Assembly: GCA_036172245.1 (NCBI GenBank)
Contig: JAYWIR010000021.1
Span: 62,001-126,000 of the forward strand
DNA from: Raillietiella orientalis
Lineage: Eukaryota
Direction of reading: 5' to 3'
Length of the DNA: 64,000 nucleotides
The notes beneath the pieces are model-generated. The model had not been told where the DNA came from. It did not search any database and worked only from the letters and a program-made list of their open reading frames with translations. The position numbers and the translations under genes are program-made. Shown in pieces: positions 47,012 to 61,400 of this stretch (the stretch's first letter is position 1; each line of letters starts with the position of its first letter).

Positions 47012-48789
47012 CGAGTGCCCGGAGGTGCCCCGACGGGACGACGGACGGAAACGTGGTGGACGCGAAGAGCCCCTTCCCCCCCGGCATCCTTCCGCCACCC
47101 GGCAGCTAACCCCTCCCCTCCCCTTCCCCATCCCCCGCTCCGCGCGCGCTCCCGGGTGGGGCGGGCCGTCACGGCGCCGCGCGCCGGGACGGCCAGCGGA
47201 GGAGGCGGCCTTCGGCTTCCCCGTCACGGGCAGCGGTGGTGGCCAATCCCGCCCCCTGTTTGCCTTCCCCGCCGCGAGGTGCGCTGCTTCCTCCGCGAGT
47301 GCGGCGGCTGCGCACGCGGCAGGGCTGCCAGCAATCTCTGGCGGAAGAAAGGCATCCTGCGCTCTCTCCTCTGCTCCGCCATCCCGGTCGAACTCTTCCC
47401 TCTCCTCGCGAGGAAAGGGAAGGGGACAGGGAGAGGTCCGCCCTGGATCCGGAGGAGGGAAAGAGAAGGAAGGGAAGAAAAGGAGGGGACATGGGAAGAG
47501 CCCGTGCGGGCCAACAGTGGCGGCGTCTCGGCGGAGGGAGCAGGATGTTTCCTCACCCCGAAGGGCCGGAGGAGCTCCGTTGTGCTCGCTCAATCTCCAA
47601 GGCGGAAGTGGCCGTGTGGGGCACCGGGCCCAAGATGATGTGTCGGGGGCAACCGAGGCGCCCGAGGACATCCGCACAGACTCCCGCTGGACTCGACCCA
47701 GACGGAAATGAGGCAACGTCGCCGTTCGGCGCGACCTGACCCCGCCTGGGGCGTAGTGGATCTCGATGGAGGTCGGCGGAAAACCCTCCCCGTGATCCGT
47801 GGGCGCGGCAGGAAGTCCGGAAGGGCCGCGGTGAAGTCGCTGCAGCGGGCGCGGGGTCGCCAGTGTCCTTCTCCCTCCCCTCGAAGCGACTTGCTGCAGC
47901 ACCCTCTGCGTGACCGAGTGCGCTGTTAGCCCTCTTTCAGAATCCAAACGACCTCCTCGGCTGCCCCGCTCACGGCGCCAACTGCCACGACGTCGCGTCC
48001 TCCCGTGAGGCGGCATGTGTCAGGCGCCACCCCGCGCCGCTTTCGGCAAAGGTCAACCCGTGAACTCCAGCAGGTTCGCCGGGGACCCCACTCTGCAAGA
48101 AGCTTCCCACTCCTGCATGGTCCCACCCCGGAAGCTGCTCGAAGCAGGGAGGCTTGGTAGTCCGCTGGACGTCCTCCCTGTCGAGTTGCCCCGGGTAGGG
48201 GCGAACCCTCCGCTCCTGCTCGTGGTGCGCCTGGAAAACGGACCGTCGGGCTGGCTGCACCGCTCAGGGTCTGTTGCTCGTTTCTGCCTTTCTGGCGCGT
48301 GGCCCGGTGCTTGCTGGCCCCGCCACAGTTTGCGCCGGCGGTCACCGCAAGTGGCAACGACCTGGACGGTTTGACCGCCACCAGCCTGCAGGCCGCATTC
48401 CCCTCTCTTCCGCCAGTGAGCAAGAGGATGCGGCGGCCCGACGCGGCAGAGGCGCCTCTCCTTCTTCCTCCTCCGCTCGAGCCGGAGGAGGAAGGCAACC
48501 ACATCAGTCCTTCCCTTCCGGCGCTCAGCCTCTCGCTGTCCCCTTCGATTCGCTGGACAACGTGGTTTCCCGCTTGTCCTGTGGGAGATTTCACAGGGAG
48601 GTCGTTGTCTTCGACCTAGGATGATGAAGATCCTTCTGGATTCTTCCATTTAACTGTTTCCCTCCCAGTTTTTTTTTTTCCAGTTTTTTTTAGGGGAGGG
48701 AGGAAGGGGGAGGGGTCGTCAAGTGCTGAATAACGTTCGCCTGGGGGCTCATGAAGCTCTTCAACACTGACCAGGACACACGAGGGTGC

Positions 48790-49365
48790 ATTGACTCTTC
48801 AAGTATTATAGGGAGCACCCCGGGAGGGAACCGCCCTTGGAACAAAGGAAGGCTCCTTATTCTCTCCGGAGGGATCCCCCGGAAAGAGTCGCTCTTCACT
48901 TCTCCGAAGGGAACCCACAAGGGAACCGCTCCTTGGTTTCCTCCTCTGCAGACAACCCCGGAGGAACGCCTCCCAGTTTCTGGAAAGGGCGCTCCCCGAA
49001 GGGAGTAGCGTACTTCTTGACACACCGGAGAGGTGACCCCCCGAGGGGGCATCAACCGGCTCCATGGTATGCGATGGAGAAGGACGGCCCCATTTTCACA
49101 ACCGGAGGGAAACCTCGAAGCGGTCTTTGATTCCTGAAGGGACTCCGGAGGGTCAACTTCCAACCCCGGTCGGTTCCGGCTGCTTCTATAGGTGCCGCAC
49201 CCGAATGGACCAACCCAGCGTCACCCTGCGAGGGAGGGACTCGAAACCCACTGCGTGCACCCCCTCGTCCTCGGGTCGGTCCTTCCCGAGGCGGAACTCG
49301 AACCCACGACGCTGGGTGCCACTCGAAGCGGCCGCAGCCGTCCGCCCCTGAAGCCGACCCCCCGC
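48790..49365 (-). mobile_element. tRNA-derived SINE, copy 5 (divergent subfamily, shared with copy 1)
   Basis: B-box-like gggttcgagttcc preceded by gtggcacccagcgtcgt, hairpin-array body, and 3' end ggggtgctccctataatacttgaagag. Confidence 0.85.
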
Positions 49366-52300
49366 CTTTTGGGGCTCCTGAATTTCGTAGGCTGACTGCG
49401 CGCCAAATCGGAGGCTTCCGTTGTTGGTGCCCCTCGCCACCTGTGCCCCGTGCAGCTCCTGAACTGGTCACGCGCAGGCTCTTCCCCGTCACTCTTGGCC
49501 GCCTCGTCGTGCCTCATCGCATGACACCACTTGCATGAACGGCGTCCGCCGTGCTTCTTGGAAGGTCACCACGCCCTCCTCACCACCTATGCCTCCAGCT
49601 TCCGTGTCCCTCGGGAACTTTCCTCTCCGGAGCCGCCGCAGCAGTACCAGGTGCTTGGCGACGTGTCTGCCTCTCAGATCATCGCGTCATCACTTCTTGA
49701 CACCCGCTCATCCCAGACGCCGGTAGGCTCGGAGCTTTCCCGACCGTTTCTGTGCTGCACATCCTTTCGAATTTTTTCCAGCAAGGGGCGACGAGCGCCC
49801 CGCGAACTTCCAGACCAGAAGGATTATCGGGTTCATCTTGTTTGACTGATGTAATCCCTGGATGTGGGCGGCATTTGATCTTCCCCCCCTCTCTCCCGCG
49901 GCCTGCCGATATTTCCGTTTCCATTTTCACTCATAAAATCAGTAAACAAGGAAGTGCAAGTGTTGCATAACGCTACAGGGATGGAATAATCGCTTTGTCA
50001 TCTACTTGTTTCCGGGATAACGTCGAAGGATGCTTTTTTTCTTCTCCCTCCGAAAGTGCATCATAATGTAAATTTCCGAAGGCTCATTCAAGCGTGGCTG
50101 AGGAAGAGCTTACTGAGTGCGAATGCAAAAAGTCGGCCGCAGTTGTGCCGAGATCCGGAAAAGTTGCGCGCGACGAATCTCGGACGAATCGCGGACGATC
50201 CCATTTCTCGTGCCTGCCGCGTGGGGGGGGGGGGGAGACCGGATTCCTGGGAGGCAGCATCCCCGAACTGGTAAGACACCTTTTGGCTTTGCAAGATCGG
50301 TTTGAAAGTCGACCTGTTAGCTCTCACCTGGTCAGCTTCATAGCATGCACCATGTCGTAGACTCTCGCGAATGACGGCACAGCCTCAGACGTAAGAGGTC
50401 ACATGCGACTCCTACGAGTGACTACGAAAGGCAATGCAGGGGACCGTGGGAAATCGAGTCTTTCGAAGCTCTGGTTGGAATTCTTCAACGTGCAAACCGC
50501 CTTACTCTTCGTTTGTCATTGCGAACTTTGACTTTTTCCTGATCTCCAGGAGATCGTTTTTCCCACTCCTAAGATGCAAGGGGATGAGTGGAACAAAGAT
50601 GGCGAGTTTTTGTGTCGTCGGAAAGAGGTTGCTAAGCGCTCTTCGAATGCCTGCCTCGCACATCCGATTCAGAGCTTTCCAGGAGCCCTCAGTAGCGGCG
50701 AGAAGTTTCCGAAATGCAAACCGGGAAGAAACTTACAGGCGGGAGTCGAGTCCGGCTGCCAGGAGGAGGATTCACTCCCTGAACTGAAAGGCAAAGCTGG
50801 TCTTTAGCTGACGGCAGCAGGCAGGAGACGTTTCTCTGCCGACATCTTAAAGGGCTTGGCTCGGCCAAAGTCACCTTCTTTGGCATTTCCGCAGGAAATT
50901 TCAATCGCCCTGTTTCCAGTCAGCCTGCAGTCTCTTGCGTTACGATTCCGCCCCCGTCTTCAAGGAGGTTGACAACCTCCCACGTCTTCGAAATGCAGGA
51001 GCTGCACGTAAGCAAAGTGGAAAGCTGTGCGCTGGCTCTAAAATCCACTAAAGTGCTTGCGAAAGTTCTGTGGTCTCTTTGGCCTGCATGTCGCCGAGGG
51101 AGCCGTTTTTCAACGTTGCCATTTTGGTGGTGGCGCGCATCGGTTGCAGGTTGTGCCTGAAACGCAGTGGTACCAGATGCTGCAGGAACTGCAGTCGGGA
51201 GAACGTGGATGCCTAAATTTCCAATCTACCGCGAAGAGGACGCGGTGGAAAGAGGCTTTGCAGAACTCTTTGCTTTCATTTTGGTGGAAGCTGTCGCCGG
51301 CACAGTCGTTCCAGGGTGTGAGCGCAAAACGCTCATAGAAAAGTTCCCGGGAATGCTGGAAGAATTTCTCACTCCTGCAGCTCCGAGCAGGAAAAATCTG
51401 TGCATTGAGGAAGGCTTCGTGGCAGAAAGTCGATGATTTTTTTATTGAAAAGGTGAAGAAGAAGGAGTACTCTTTGGTTATCGCAAAGAAACAAGAAATG
51501 CAGGTTCGACTTTAGGGGCTACCAGAGAAGCCATAATCAGAAGGAATACTCAAATGGGAATCCCCGTAGCTGAGATAATCAGGTATTCCACGTGCTTTTC
51601 CTGGAGCTTACCTGCTGTTCACTTTTCTCTTAATGTACGATACCAAGAAATCTATCTGGAATCCACCGAAAGGAGCTGAAGACTCCGTGGAAGGAGGGAA
51701 GTTGAAAGAACCCGGTTGGATGTTTTGACTTTTCAGACAAACGGTTGCAGCCCCACGCTGTAAGCCCAGTGCCTCCGAGGGAGGAGGATCCAACAGCCGT
51801 TTCATCGGGGAAGTGGCCAGCCAAGCTCCCAGACTGCCAAGGGCTGGCGAGCGGTCATCCCGCATGGGAGAAAACCACAGCGGACTCTGTCCTGGGACAC
51901 TGACCAGAGCCTAGTAAGGAAGGATGGCCAATGCTCTTTGGCGTGTTTAGCGTGCCAGGCTGGCAAAGGACCAAGAGTTTTGATTTCGCTTCCAGAATGA
52001 TCGTTGATGGAAGGCGTTTGCCAAAATGGTTTATGCGTGGCGAGCTTCTGGGTTCGAAATCTGGGATCTTTCGCTTCCTTCCAGCTGCCTGTGGTTCTGT
52101 GCTCGGCTGCGGAACTGGACTCAGCAACGAGACGCGAATGAAGGTCGCTCAGCAGAGGGTCTCTCTCTCCGGAGATGCGAAAGTGATTGCACTGTTGAAG
52201 ACGGAGAAGTGCACGCATCGAAGATGATCGCCCAGTCCTCTTCTTGAAGCGTTCTTTTTTCCGGTTTGTCCGCAGCTTTGGATTCCATTCGGCTTGCATT

Positions 52301-55300
52301 TGGAAACCTCGAAGGCTCATGGCAGGAGGCAAACCTTTTAACACTTGAAGTCACGCTACTTTGTGATGGTCGTTCGTTACCCGCATTTCTGCAGACGAGA
52401 TTCCGGGAAGCAGACGCCTCGGAGACAACTGGGCGCATAACCGGGATGCCGACGGTGATCCCAGAGCCAGTGGCGAGCTCGTCCGCAAAATCCTGCATCC
52501 CCTTTGACAAGTACGTGGGCATGACGTTCGCACCTGGAATCTCTTGCGAGATATGGGTCTCCGTTATTCGGTTAATCCTATCGTTGTTCTTTGATTTTAC
52601 TCGGTTTTGCTCCGCTTGAAATAAATCAGTTCGAAGGCGAGAGCACGCTGTCTCGGTTAATGGTGCGTGTCCCATCAAGTATTCTCATTAAGCTTTCTGT
52701 ATCGCTAATAACAGTTATTAGAGGTAATTAAAAGGCTATTGCTGAGGTCCTAGACGTTGTTTTTAGTCAGAAAGGATGTTTGCGAGCAAAAGCTGCCCGA
52801 GAAACAAAGAGGAGAGAGTTCCAGTTGAAAGTGACTTTGAGGAGACATCGGCATGCACTGCATAATGCTTTCGTTTTTTAAGAAGAATTCGATATTAATG
52901 AAGCCTGCGGATCGCCTTTGACTCCTATTGATTTAGGGATGGGGCTTGTGAAACCTCCCTAAACGCTGCGTGAGCTACTCATTCCGTGACAACCGCTTTC
53001 CTTGATTTTGTTTTCGAGGTGTTGCTGAGGACTGAGCATTCTGAGTTGGAGAACGCGTTCTTGGATGCATTGTACGAAGAAATCGAATTTGTTGATTTAT
53101 TTACTTGTCTCTCGAGGACCGTGGGGAAAGGGAAAGTGAAGCGAGGGACCCGCTGCCACGAAGGCAGCACGGTGTTTACGGGGCGAGTGGACCACTGGCA
53201 CGTCCTCGCGGATTCGACACACCTTCTGGAATGCTCGATCCGTTGCGCCGCCCTCGCGTGCCCGAGCGGCACGCGAGGGGGAGCGGTCCCGAGGAACGCG
53301 CGCCGCTCCCGGCGAGCGCGCCTTTTTCCGCAGAGTCACTTTGACGGATTGCTCGCGCACTCCCTTCCTTACCTGCTCGCTCGGTTTGCCTGTGTGGCCG
53401 CCCCGCGCGAGGCGAAACGGTAAGAGGCAGTTGGGCAGGCTCAGCTCATCCAGTCAACTGCTCCCAATTCCCTCTCTGCGTTTCGGTTGCCCTTTTGTGG
53501 TACAGTTCTTTTATTGCCTTTCGCTTTCGTTGTCGCGAGGCGGACGACTTGCTGCAGGAGCGTCGGCTCTGAAGCTCCGCCGGCGGAGGAGGCGATGATG
53601 CTTCGCCGGTCCGACCTCCCGCGCTCGCGGGATGCTGCGCTCGCTGGGGAGGATCTTCCGGATTTCCCAGCATCGGTTCCGATCGCCACGAGCAGCGCGG
53701 ATGGGTGCACGGAGAGCGCGCGAGGCAAAACGTCCGTGCCACTTCGCTGCTCCTCGATTCGGTTTGTTCGCTGTCGGTGCTGTCGATTCCTCGAGCCTCC
53801 CTCCCGGGCCACAGTCTCCTTTTGTTTCCTCCTGCTGCCTCCATTGGCTGCTTTCAAACATGGGTGGCAGAGCTCCTCGTACTCGAAGGAAACTTTTATT
53901 GTTCCGGTGAATGCAAGTGGGCGCTTTCCCAGCGTCCAGAACATTCCCAAACAGTTGGGTAAATAGCACTTTCAAAGAGCTTGCAAATAACTTCTATTAC
54001 CTCTATTATTACCACCACCTTCCATCGCTCGGGGCTTTTCACCGCATTCGGGCTTTGTGCCTCGCGGGGACGCACGCAGCCGTCCGAGTCGAGACGCGCC
54101 GTCCTCTCCCTGGGCCCAGATGCTTTTATCCCGAGCGGTTCCACTCGGTTCTTGGCCTGGACCACGCCGACGCCGACGACATCGATGCTCCTCCAGCCGG
54201 CCTCCACGCCCGAGCAGGAAATCCGAATCTTCCCTAGGCTTTTTCCTACCTCTTCCGCAGAGAGGTGCCTCCTCCACGTGAGCTTTCTCGTCGCGAGGCT
54301 GTCCCTGCATCCTGGAATCCAGTGTGCGGCATCCTGGCAGGGGGGGATGCGCTTTCCGCTTCTCGGACGGGAACGCCTTGCGCGCCGGAACCAGCGAACT
54401 CACTTCCCAGCCGGCGCGCGCGTTCCCCGAGGGAAGAGGACCTCTTCTCCCCCGAGCTCGGGAGACCCTAGAGCCGAGTCTTCCGCGATCGAGAATCCAG
54501 CGACGTCCCCGGACGCCTGATGTAGGGGGTCCTGGACCGCAGTCCCGCGGGCCGGGCGATCCCGGAGCGGGCTGCTCACCTCCGGAACGGAAGGGAGGTC
54601 GAAGAGGGCCGAATCACCGCGAGGTAGCCCGCACCTACGCTCCCGGGAAGCAAGACGTAGCGAATGGGAACCGACCTCTTGCGTCCGCCTCTCCTCTTGC
54701 GCTCCCTCCTCGTGTTTCGGTCGGAGCTCGCCAATCCCATCTCGCAATGGGAGCTGGCGGAACGAGAAGGCTGTTGGCTACCGCGGTGTGCCCTTCCATC
54801 CCCTCCTACCAGGACACTGCCACGCGGCGGTGCAAGAAGGCGCTGAGGAGGCACTCGGGAGGAACGGCTGAACTGGTTCCTTCCCGTTGGGGGCAGTCCG
54901 CTCGGCGAACGCCACGGGGTTCGCCTGCGAGCGCCCCTTCCTTCATCCAAGCGGCACCGCCGGTTGGCAGCTCCTGAGGCGGGCGAGCTGGGAACGAACA
55001 TCGGCTTCATCCTGGATGAAAGGGAGGCGTCGCGCTGGGAGACGAGAAGACATTGGAAGCTATCAAGCCTGGGAGGGAGAGAGAGGAGAGAGAGGAAAAA
55101 AAAACTCGGCCCTACTTCCTGTTCCTTTGTTTACAAAATTTCCCACTGATGCTGAGCAGATAGGACCCCTTCGCGGTTCCGAGACCTGACGATGAAATTC
55201 TGCTTCGGCGCTCAAAAACAGGAAAGATGAGTTTTCTTAACCTTGACTTTTGATGGCTCAGATTCGTCGCGGCTGCTCCCTCATGACGGCTCCACAGGTC

Positions 55301-56599
55301 TCGTCCTGGAATAAATGCGCCCTGCCTCTGCGGGGGGAAGGGGGGTGAAGACTCACTCTGCGGTTGCCGCTGCTCGCTTTCACGCACACGTGCACGCGTG
55401 AACGCATGTGTGCTGCTCATTCTTGGCGTGCGCGCCCGCATGTGTCCCTTGTGTGTGTGTGCGCGCGCGCGCGCTCGTGCCTTTGTACGTCCCTTTCTCC
55501 GCACGCTGCGATCCTCGACACCAACGAAATGGAAACGTGTTTTTCGGTCTCGAAACCGAACCGTCGATTTCGGCACATCTCGGGTTACAGGGAGGAGCGA
55601 CACGCCTGATTCCCTGAAGAGAAATGATTACTGGCAAGAGACGTTCATCAGCAGCAGGGATAGCTGGGGAGCTCTGGCAAGGATCACTTCTGGGCTGGGC
55701 TGCTCCTTCCGTCTGCGGTAAGGTGAACTGGTCTGCGCCGTTCGCCAGTCTTTCGTCCACGAGGTCATCCTGTGCGGAACCCTCAGGTCCTCTTGCTGTG
55801 GCTCCCACCCAGCTCCCGCCTGCAGAGGAGCGACAACGTCACTCGCCCGTCCACGCCTCGGAAGCGGGAAGGGAAACGTGGCCGTGCCCTCACGCGCGTC
55901 CCGGCTTCCCGGGTGACTGCTCCAAGAACCGAAGCCAGCCAAGGAAGGGGGACAACCATCGGTGAGTGAGCGCTTCCCGCCCTTTCCATCATAGAACCGT
56001 TATGGCTCGGCTGACGGGTGCCGTTCACCACGGAAATTCAGGTCTTAGGGTGCAGACAGGATGCTCTGCGTGCAAGAGGCGCCAGTGACTGCCTAAACGC
56101 TCCACAGCTCACGTTGGCCATCCAGTCGCAGGACCAACGTGTGCTCCGCACTCAGCAGTCACCGTAGCTGCCTGACAGCAGACCGACTGACCGAGGTCGT
56201 CCACGAGACCGAAGCGGAGGATGCACGGAAGGAAGTGAAACTGAAAGACAGTGACGGAGAGGCAGACTGAGATCTTCCCTGTGCATGAGCTGAAGACTGG
56301 TGGACTCGTTTCTTCTCTCCGTTTTGCCGCATCTTCTCGATGATTCCTCCAGGGAGGCAAAATCCATCATTCCCGATGCCAGAGTTTTTGCTTAGGCCAA
56401 TGGATTTCTGCTGACAGGGATGTGCATCCATACGCAGCTTCCTACAGCACATAGGATCTTCTGGATGTCCTTCTATGCCTTGGGTGCTCCCCATTCGTAG
56501 CAAGGTTCTTCCGGAAGGTGGAGCACCAGTTGCGACAAGAAGACATGGCAAGCAGGAGGAGCAATTCTTGCGCGGCTTGAGTTTTTTTCTGAGAAGTCA

Positions 56600-58400
56600 A
56601 AGTAAGCTAATGACTTCTAGCTCAAGATCGGATGACACGCAAATAATGCTGCGTGAGAGGAAGAAAAGGGGACTGCTGAAAACAGCGACACGGGCGAATT
56701 CGTTTGTCATCGCAACCGATCATTAGAATGGGTGGTGAAGGAGAGCTTGCGCGTGTAGAGACTCCAGCACGGAAAGAGCAGCCATAAAGCATCAAAGATG
56801 GAAAATCTTTCCATGCAGAATCCAAGAATTAAATGCACCTATCCATTCCTGATACCCATTACAAAGGATCCCCCCTTTCGATTACTGTCACTCTCGCCAT
56901 AGTTTGTTATGAAACGCTATGGAGTTTGTCCAGCATTTGCACCAACAGTCTCACCAGATGTCTCGAGATCCAGTGCGGCATGCAGATTGCAGCCTTTTCC
57001 TTAAAGCAAGTGCCTCTGACTTCAAGGTCAGCAAAGGCCATTCCCGAATGGTGACCATTCTCCGTATAGAAAGAAGCACCCTCACTCAGATATGCAACCT
57101 GTAGCCGCCTCTCCGGCTGCAAAAGAGTTTCATGTGCCTACCCTGTTCCGGACAAACAAGAAAGATGACCACCCTATGCATGATCATCACAAGACTCTTT
57201 GTCCCATCCCGGATTCAGCTGAAGTTTCAGGAAAGATTTCTAAATTGGATTAGAAGTAGCATTAGAGACATGAGTACCTGGAAGACCTGGCGCTGGATTG
57301 CTTAAACTCTAATCGCAGGTTTTAGTAGAGGCCGAATCGGAAAACAACCCTGCAGTGGGATCTCCTAGGAGACACCCAGGAATATGGCAGAGCGACTTCA
57401 AAGGAACAAGAGTTGCTATAATCGGATCTCATCTCAAGTTTCAAGTTATTTTCAATAGAGGAATTTTCTAGAAACAAAGGTTCCTTGAGGTCATTGGAAG
57501 TGTCCAAAGATGTGTTTGCTCGAAAGAGAAAAAATGCCACAGGGTACTGTGATGTTTCCAACGACAGTGATGGTACATAATGCATGTCCCATTCTATGTA
57601 TTTTCCAATGGACGCCATCTGCTACCACTAGGCTGCTGCATACCTTTCGAGGATCCTGAGGATCTGCGGATCGAAAAAGACAAAATGAAAAAGGTACCCA
57701 TCAAGCGAAGCTGCACAAGTGATGAGCACTTCCCATCATCGTACTCCCGAAAGTACCATGTTATCCACTGGAAATTTAGAGAACGAACACTTCGTGTGGG
57801 CATGCCAGCTGTGCCGCATGAGAGTGCTGATGCTTCGGAGCTGGCAATCCTTCGAGACCTTTTGATCGTTGGCCTGCGTGCATGCAGTTGCTTGGAGACG
57901 TGCGTTCTTAGTCATGTACCTTGGTATGGGTGGGTCTCTCACTTCCAGAATTTTTCGACGGATGTATAGGCAGCAGAGAAATATGCAAGGTCGTGGATCA
58001 CGTTATGCGCTGTCACCAACATGAATCCAACCGTTCATAATAATGCAACACAACTCTCTTCCATCACGACCTCCTCGACATGCTTCGCCAGATATACCCA
58101 AGAGGAATTTTTCACCTCAAGGAGAAAAAGCTGCTCTCGATTTTTGCCTACAGAATGAAGGAATATCGAAAGAGAAGGAACGAAGGAAGAGCGGATGAAA
58201 TTTCCTCGCCCATTGCTTTGGAGCATCTGACTCTTGGAACCACAATTTCCGGACTCTCATCAGTTGCTGCGATCGCAATTCAGTGCTCAAAGTAGCCTCC
58301 GATATAGAAAAGCGCCTTCCATAGTGTCCCTCAACTGAGCCTGAGCAGAAACCATTGGGGAGTTTTCGTGGATGTCCAATAAACTCCTCCAGAGACTGTG
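56600..58400 (-). mobile_element. Possible decayed RNase H-bearing LINE remnant
   Basis: SFYTENGHHSGMAFA followed by NEFA in the expected order of the RNase H YTDGS...NExAD motifs. Very degenerate. Confidence 0.2.
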
Positions 58401-61400
58401 CGGTTGACAGAAATGCCATCAGACTGTGGACAAAACGTGCGGTGTCATAAGAATAAAGGAACATCAAAGTGGTGGATGATGGGCTGCTCCCCGGCCTCGC
58501 CCTGACATCTGACTACCTGCGGCATACTGTCGAGAGCAGCATCTGGAATGATAGACAAAAAGTGGACAGCGACGACCTGAGCCTGGGATCCGCACGGCAG
58601 TTTCGCGGCTGCGGGATTCAGAAATGCACTCGCGCTTTTCCGTGACAGACGACGCCGGAAGGCCCGTTCTGAGGAAGGACGTCACTGCTGTGCGCCATGT
58701 GAGACGGTGGAGGACTTCGTCCCACGGACTGTCCCTCGGAGAATTCCGTTCAGGGAAAACTTTCGAAGAGAACAAACAAGACAGACGACTTGAAGAACAG
58801 CCCGAAGAACTGTCACCAGCATGCAGCGCCGTTTCTTTTAGCGGAGCATTAGAACACTGTGCAGCTTTAAAAGTGGAAACAAATATGTGGTCTCTTGCGT
58901 TTGTGGTCCGAGTTTGATGGTTGGGCAACATCTTTCGTCGAGGAAAGGGAAAAAAATGTGGAGCCAGACTTGCCGAGTGACCCTCGCATGTGTCAATTGC
59001 GGGGTCTCAGAAAAAGTCGAGGTCGGACGGCTTCCAAGCAAACGTGGGCCTCCCACGAACGACCGAGCCGGTCACAAGCAGAGGGCATCCGTCGCCTCGA
59101 AAAGCTTCGAGGACTGATTGTGGCAGATTGTGGCTCGGAGAACTTGAAAGCATACAGTCGCTCATGTGGTGTTGACAAGTGCGAAAAGTTTATGAGCCAA
59201 GAAACATGGAATTGGTCCCAAAGGGCGTCAGACAAATCTGAATGACCGTCTGCGCTTACGGCAGCATGAGAAAACACACCCACCCACCCAAAAATAAGAT
59301 CAACAAACTGTCGGATGGTTACCTGCTGCGGTCGCCATAGAGGTTTTGTTTGCGCCCAAGAAATATTCCTCTCACTTGAGTCTTTGAGAGGGTCTTACGC
59401 TTGACTGCGCCTCTTCCTGGGTGTAACCACCAGCAAGATGTATTCGGGTACCTCGGTTACCATGGGCTTGTTGTTCTTACACGTCGTGTTGTATTTTTGT
59501 GCGGATGTCAGCAGCAGCATTTCTCCAAGAAACGCGCCGGGGTTCCTTCTTTAATGAGTCCAATTCATGACGGGCGATCCAACTCGAGGCGGGCGAAACG
59601 TCAGCACCGGGCGGGCAGCTCCGCGCGATGACTTCTCAGCTCACCACCGATGCACGACTTGAAAGAAGTGCGTGCAGCAAGGAAAGGGTGAACGGAAAGT
59701 TTCGAAATGTCATAAATTTATTCGAGATAATCGGAAAAAAACGTACAGTCGAAAATTCCGCGCGGCTTTCCGAAAGCGCCACTGCGCTTTCACGACTCCA
59801 GGGCGCTTTCCTCTGTCCGTGGAAGCAGGGAAGAAGCGGCGAAGAGAATCGGCATGCTCTTCCCTTTTGGATGGGAGCCCTGGACCCACATTCTTCTAAC
59901 GCAGCGCTCCGAACGGGGAAGATGTGGTTTTGCGAGGCGCCCTGGCAGAAACGCGAAAGGACGGGCGGCAGCAGCGAATGCGCGAGGGTGAACTGCCAGG
60001 TCGGTTCATCTCAAGCCTGATGGCTGAGCTGCGCTGCATCCAGCTGAGCCGGTCCAGGAGCTGCAGGGGTGCTCCTCCTGCGAAAGCAAGCTGAATACCT
60101 ACCTGCCCGAGCAGAGTTGCAGCAGCAGCATTTCCTTAGGAATGCGGATTCGAAGTTCACCTCGAAGAATCCACCCTTGGCAAGTCGCTCGCTGCCGGAA
60201 TTGCTGGAAGAAGAAAAGAAACGCAGCCATCATCCCAGTTTGCGCTCTCCGGGGGGGGGAGGGGATTCCAGCGACGTGGACGAGTTGCCCTGAAAGCGGA
60301 CAATGCGCCAAGGTTGCTCGCGAAGAAGCTCCCACGCACTCCTCCGCCGCGGTTTCGCCAAGATGGTGTCTTCAGAGTGCACACCTCGCGTGCCTCCAAG
60401 CCATCGGAAAGCTGGCACACCTGAGCTGCATGACCCGCAACTGCAATCTGGGAATGAGCTGTCGCTCACACGGGAGAAGAAGCCATTGCCCAGTTTGCAT
60501 CCTCTGAAAGAACGGGAACGAAGACAGTACTTTTGGGGAAGCGATTCGCGTTCAGCTTGGTCCAAGATCCCTCAGGGAATATTTCCGAAGATGTTCCGGA
60601 GATTCCTTGAGCTCGAGGCCACTTTCAGCCGCACGATGCTGTGGCGGTGACGGACGAGCACCTTCCTCTTCCACTGCGCCTTGCCAAGGAAAAGTGCACC
60701 TTAGCACAACAGCACGCTCGAAACGAATGGACGCTGCGGAGCTCTTGGAGCCAAACCCAAGGATGCCTCTCCGCGGGCACCAAACATCCGCAGTCGCAGA
60801 AAAATTCCGTGCGCGTTGAAGCATGGCGAGAAAACACACGTGATTTCCAGCCCGTTAAAATTCAGCGAACGTCTGTTTCTCGCATCTGCGCGATTCCTCT
60901 TGCTCTTCACGTAGTCAATCATGAAATGATTTCCCAATTGTCCCATCCTGTATTTCGCTGCGGTCGGCGTCCATTTCAAAATTATAAACATTAATAAAGC
61001 AACAGAAGTTTCCTCTGAGAAGAGGGAGGCCTCGTCCCTATGCTGAATCTGTAATGAGCGCGCAGGTCGGCGAGTGTTGACAAGACCGTTCGTGGTTCCC
61101 GTCTTCCTCCCGACTCTCGAATTTCTTGGAATCGATCCCTCGGTTTGTTATTTTTCCGCAGGTTGTTCTGACGCTTTTGGCTTCGACCGACTTTCCCGTC
61201 ACCGGTGGCGTTTACGACCTCGAGGAAGAGATCTCAGAGCTTTTGTTTCAGTATACGAAGATTAATGACGTAGCACGAGCACGCACAGCTTCCCAACACC
61301 TTCAGCGGAGTCGCACGTGAGATGCTCACCAAAGCGCTCCCACCTACCCACGCTCATGGGCGAATTTTTTTCCCATCGAGAAGATCGGCACTACGACGCA

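Noticed and set aside
45659..47638. 659-aa ORF
   Set aside because: Low-complexity R/A/P/G translation running through microsatellites in a GC-rich, stop-poor tract. No domain signal.
47700..48000. Second insulin-family gene suggested by CC pairs
   Set aside because: No CC-x3-C-x8/9-C or matching B chain in the frames examined, here or near 42070.
53487..53966. Possible secreted Cys-rich or neuropeptide precursor
   Set aside because: Non-ATG start, no supporting splice structure, no recognisable Cys pattern.
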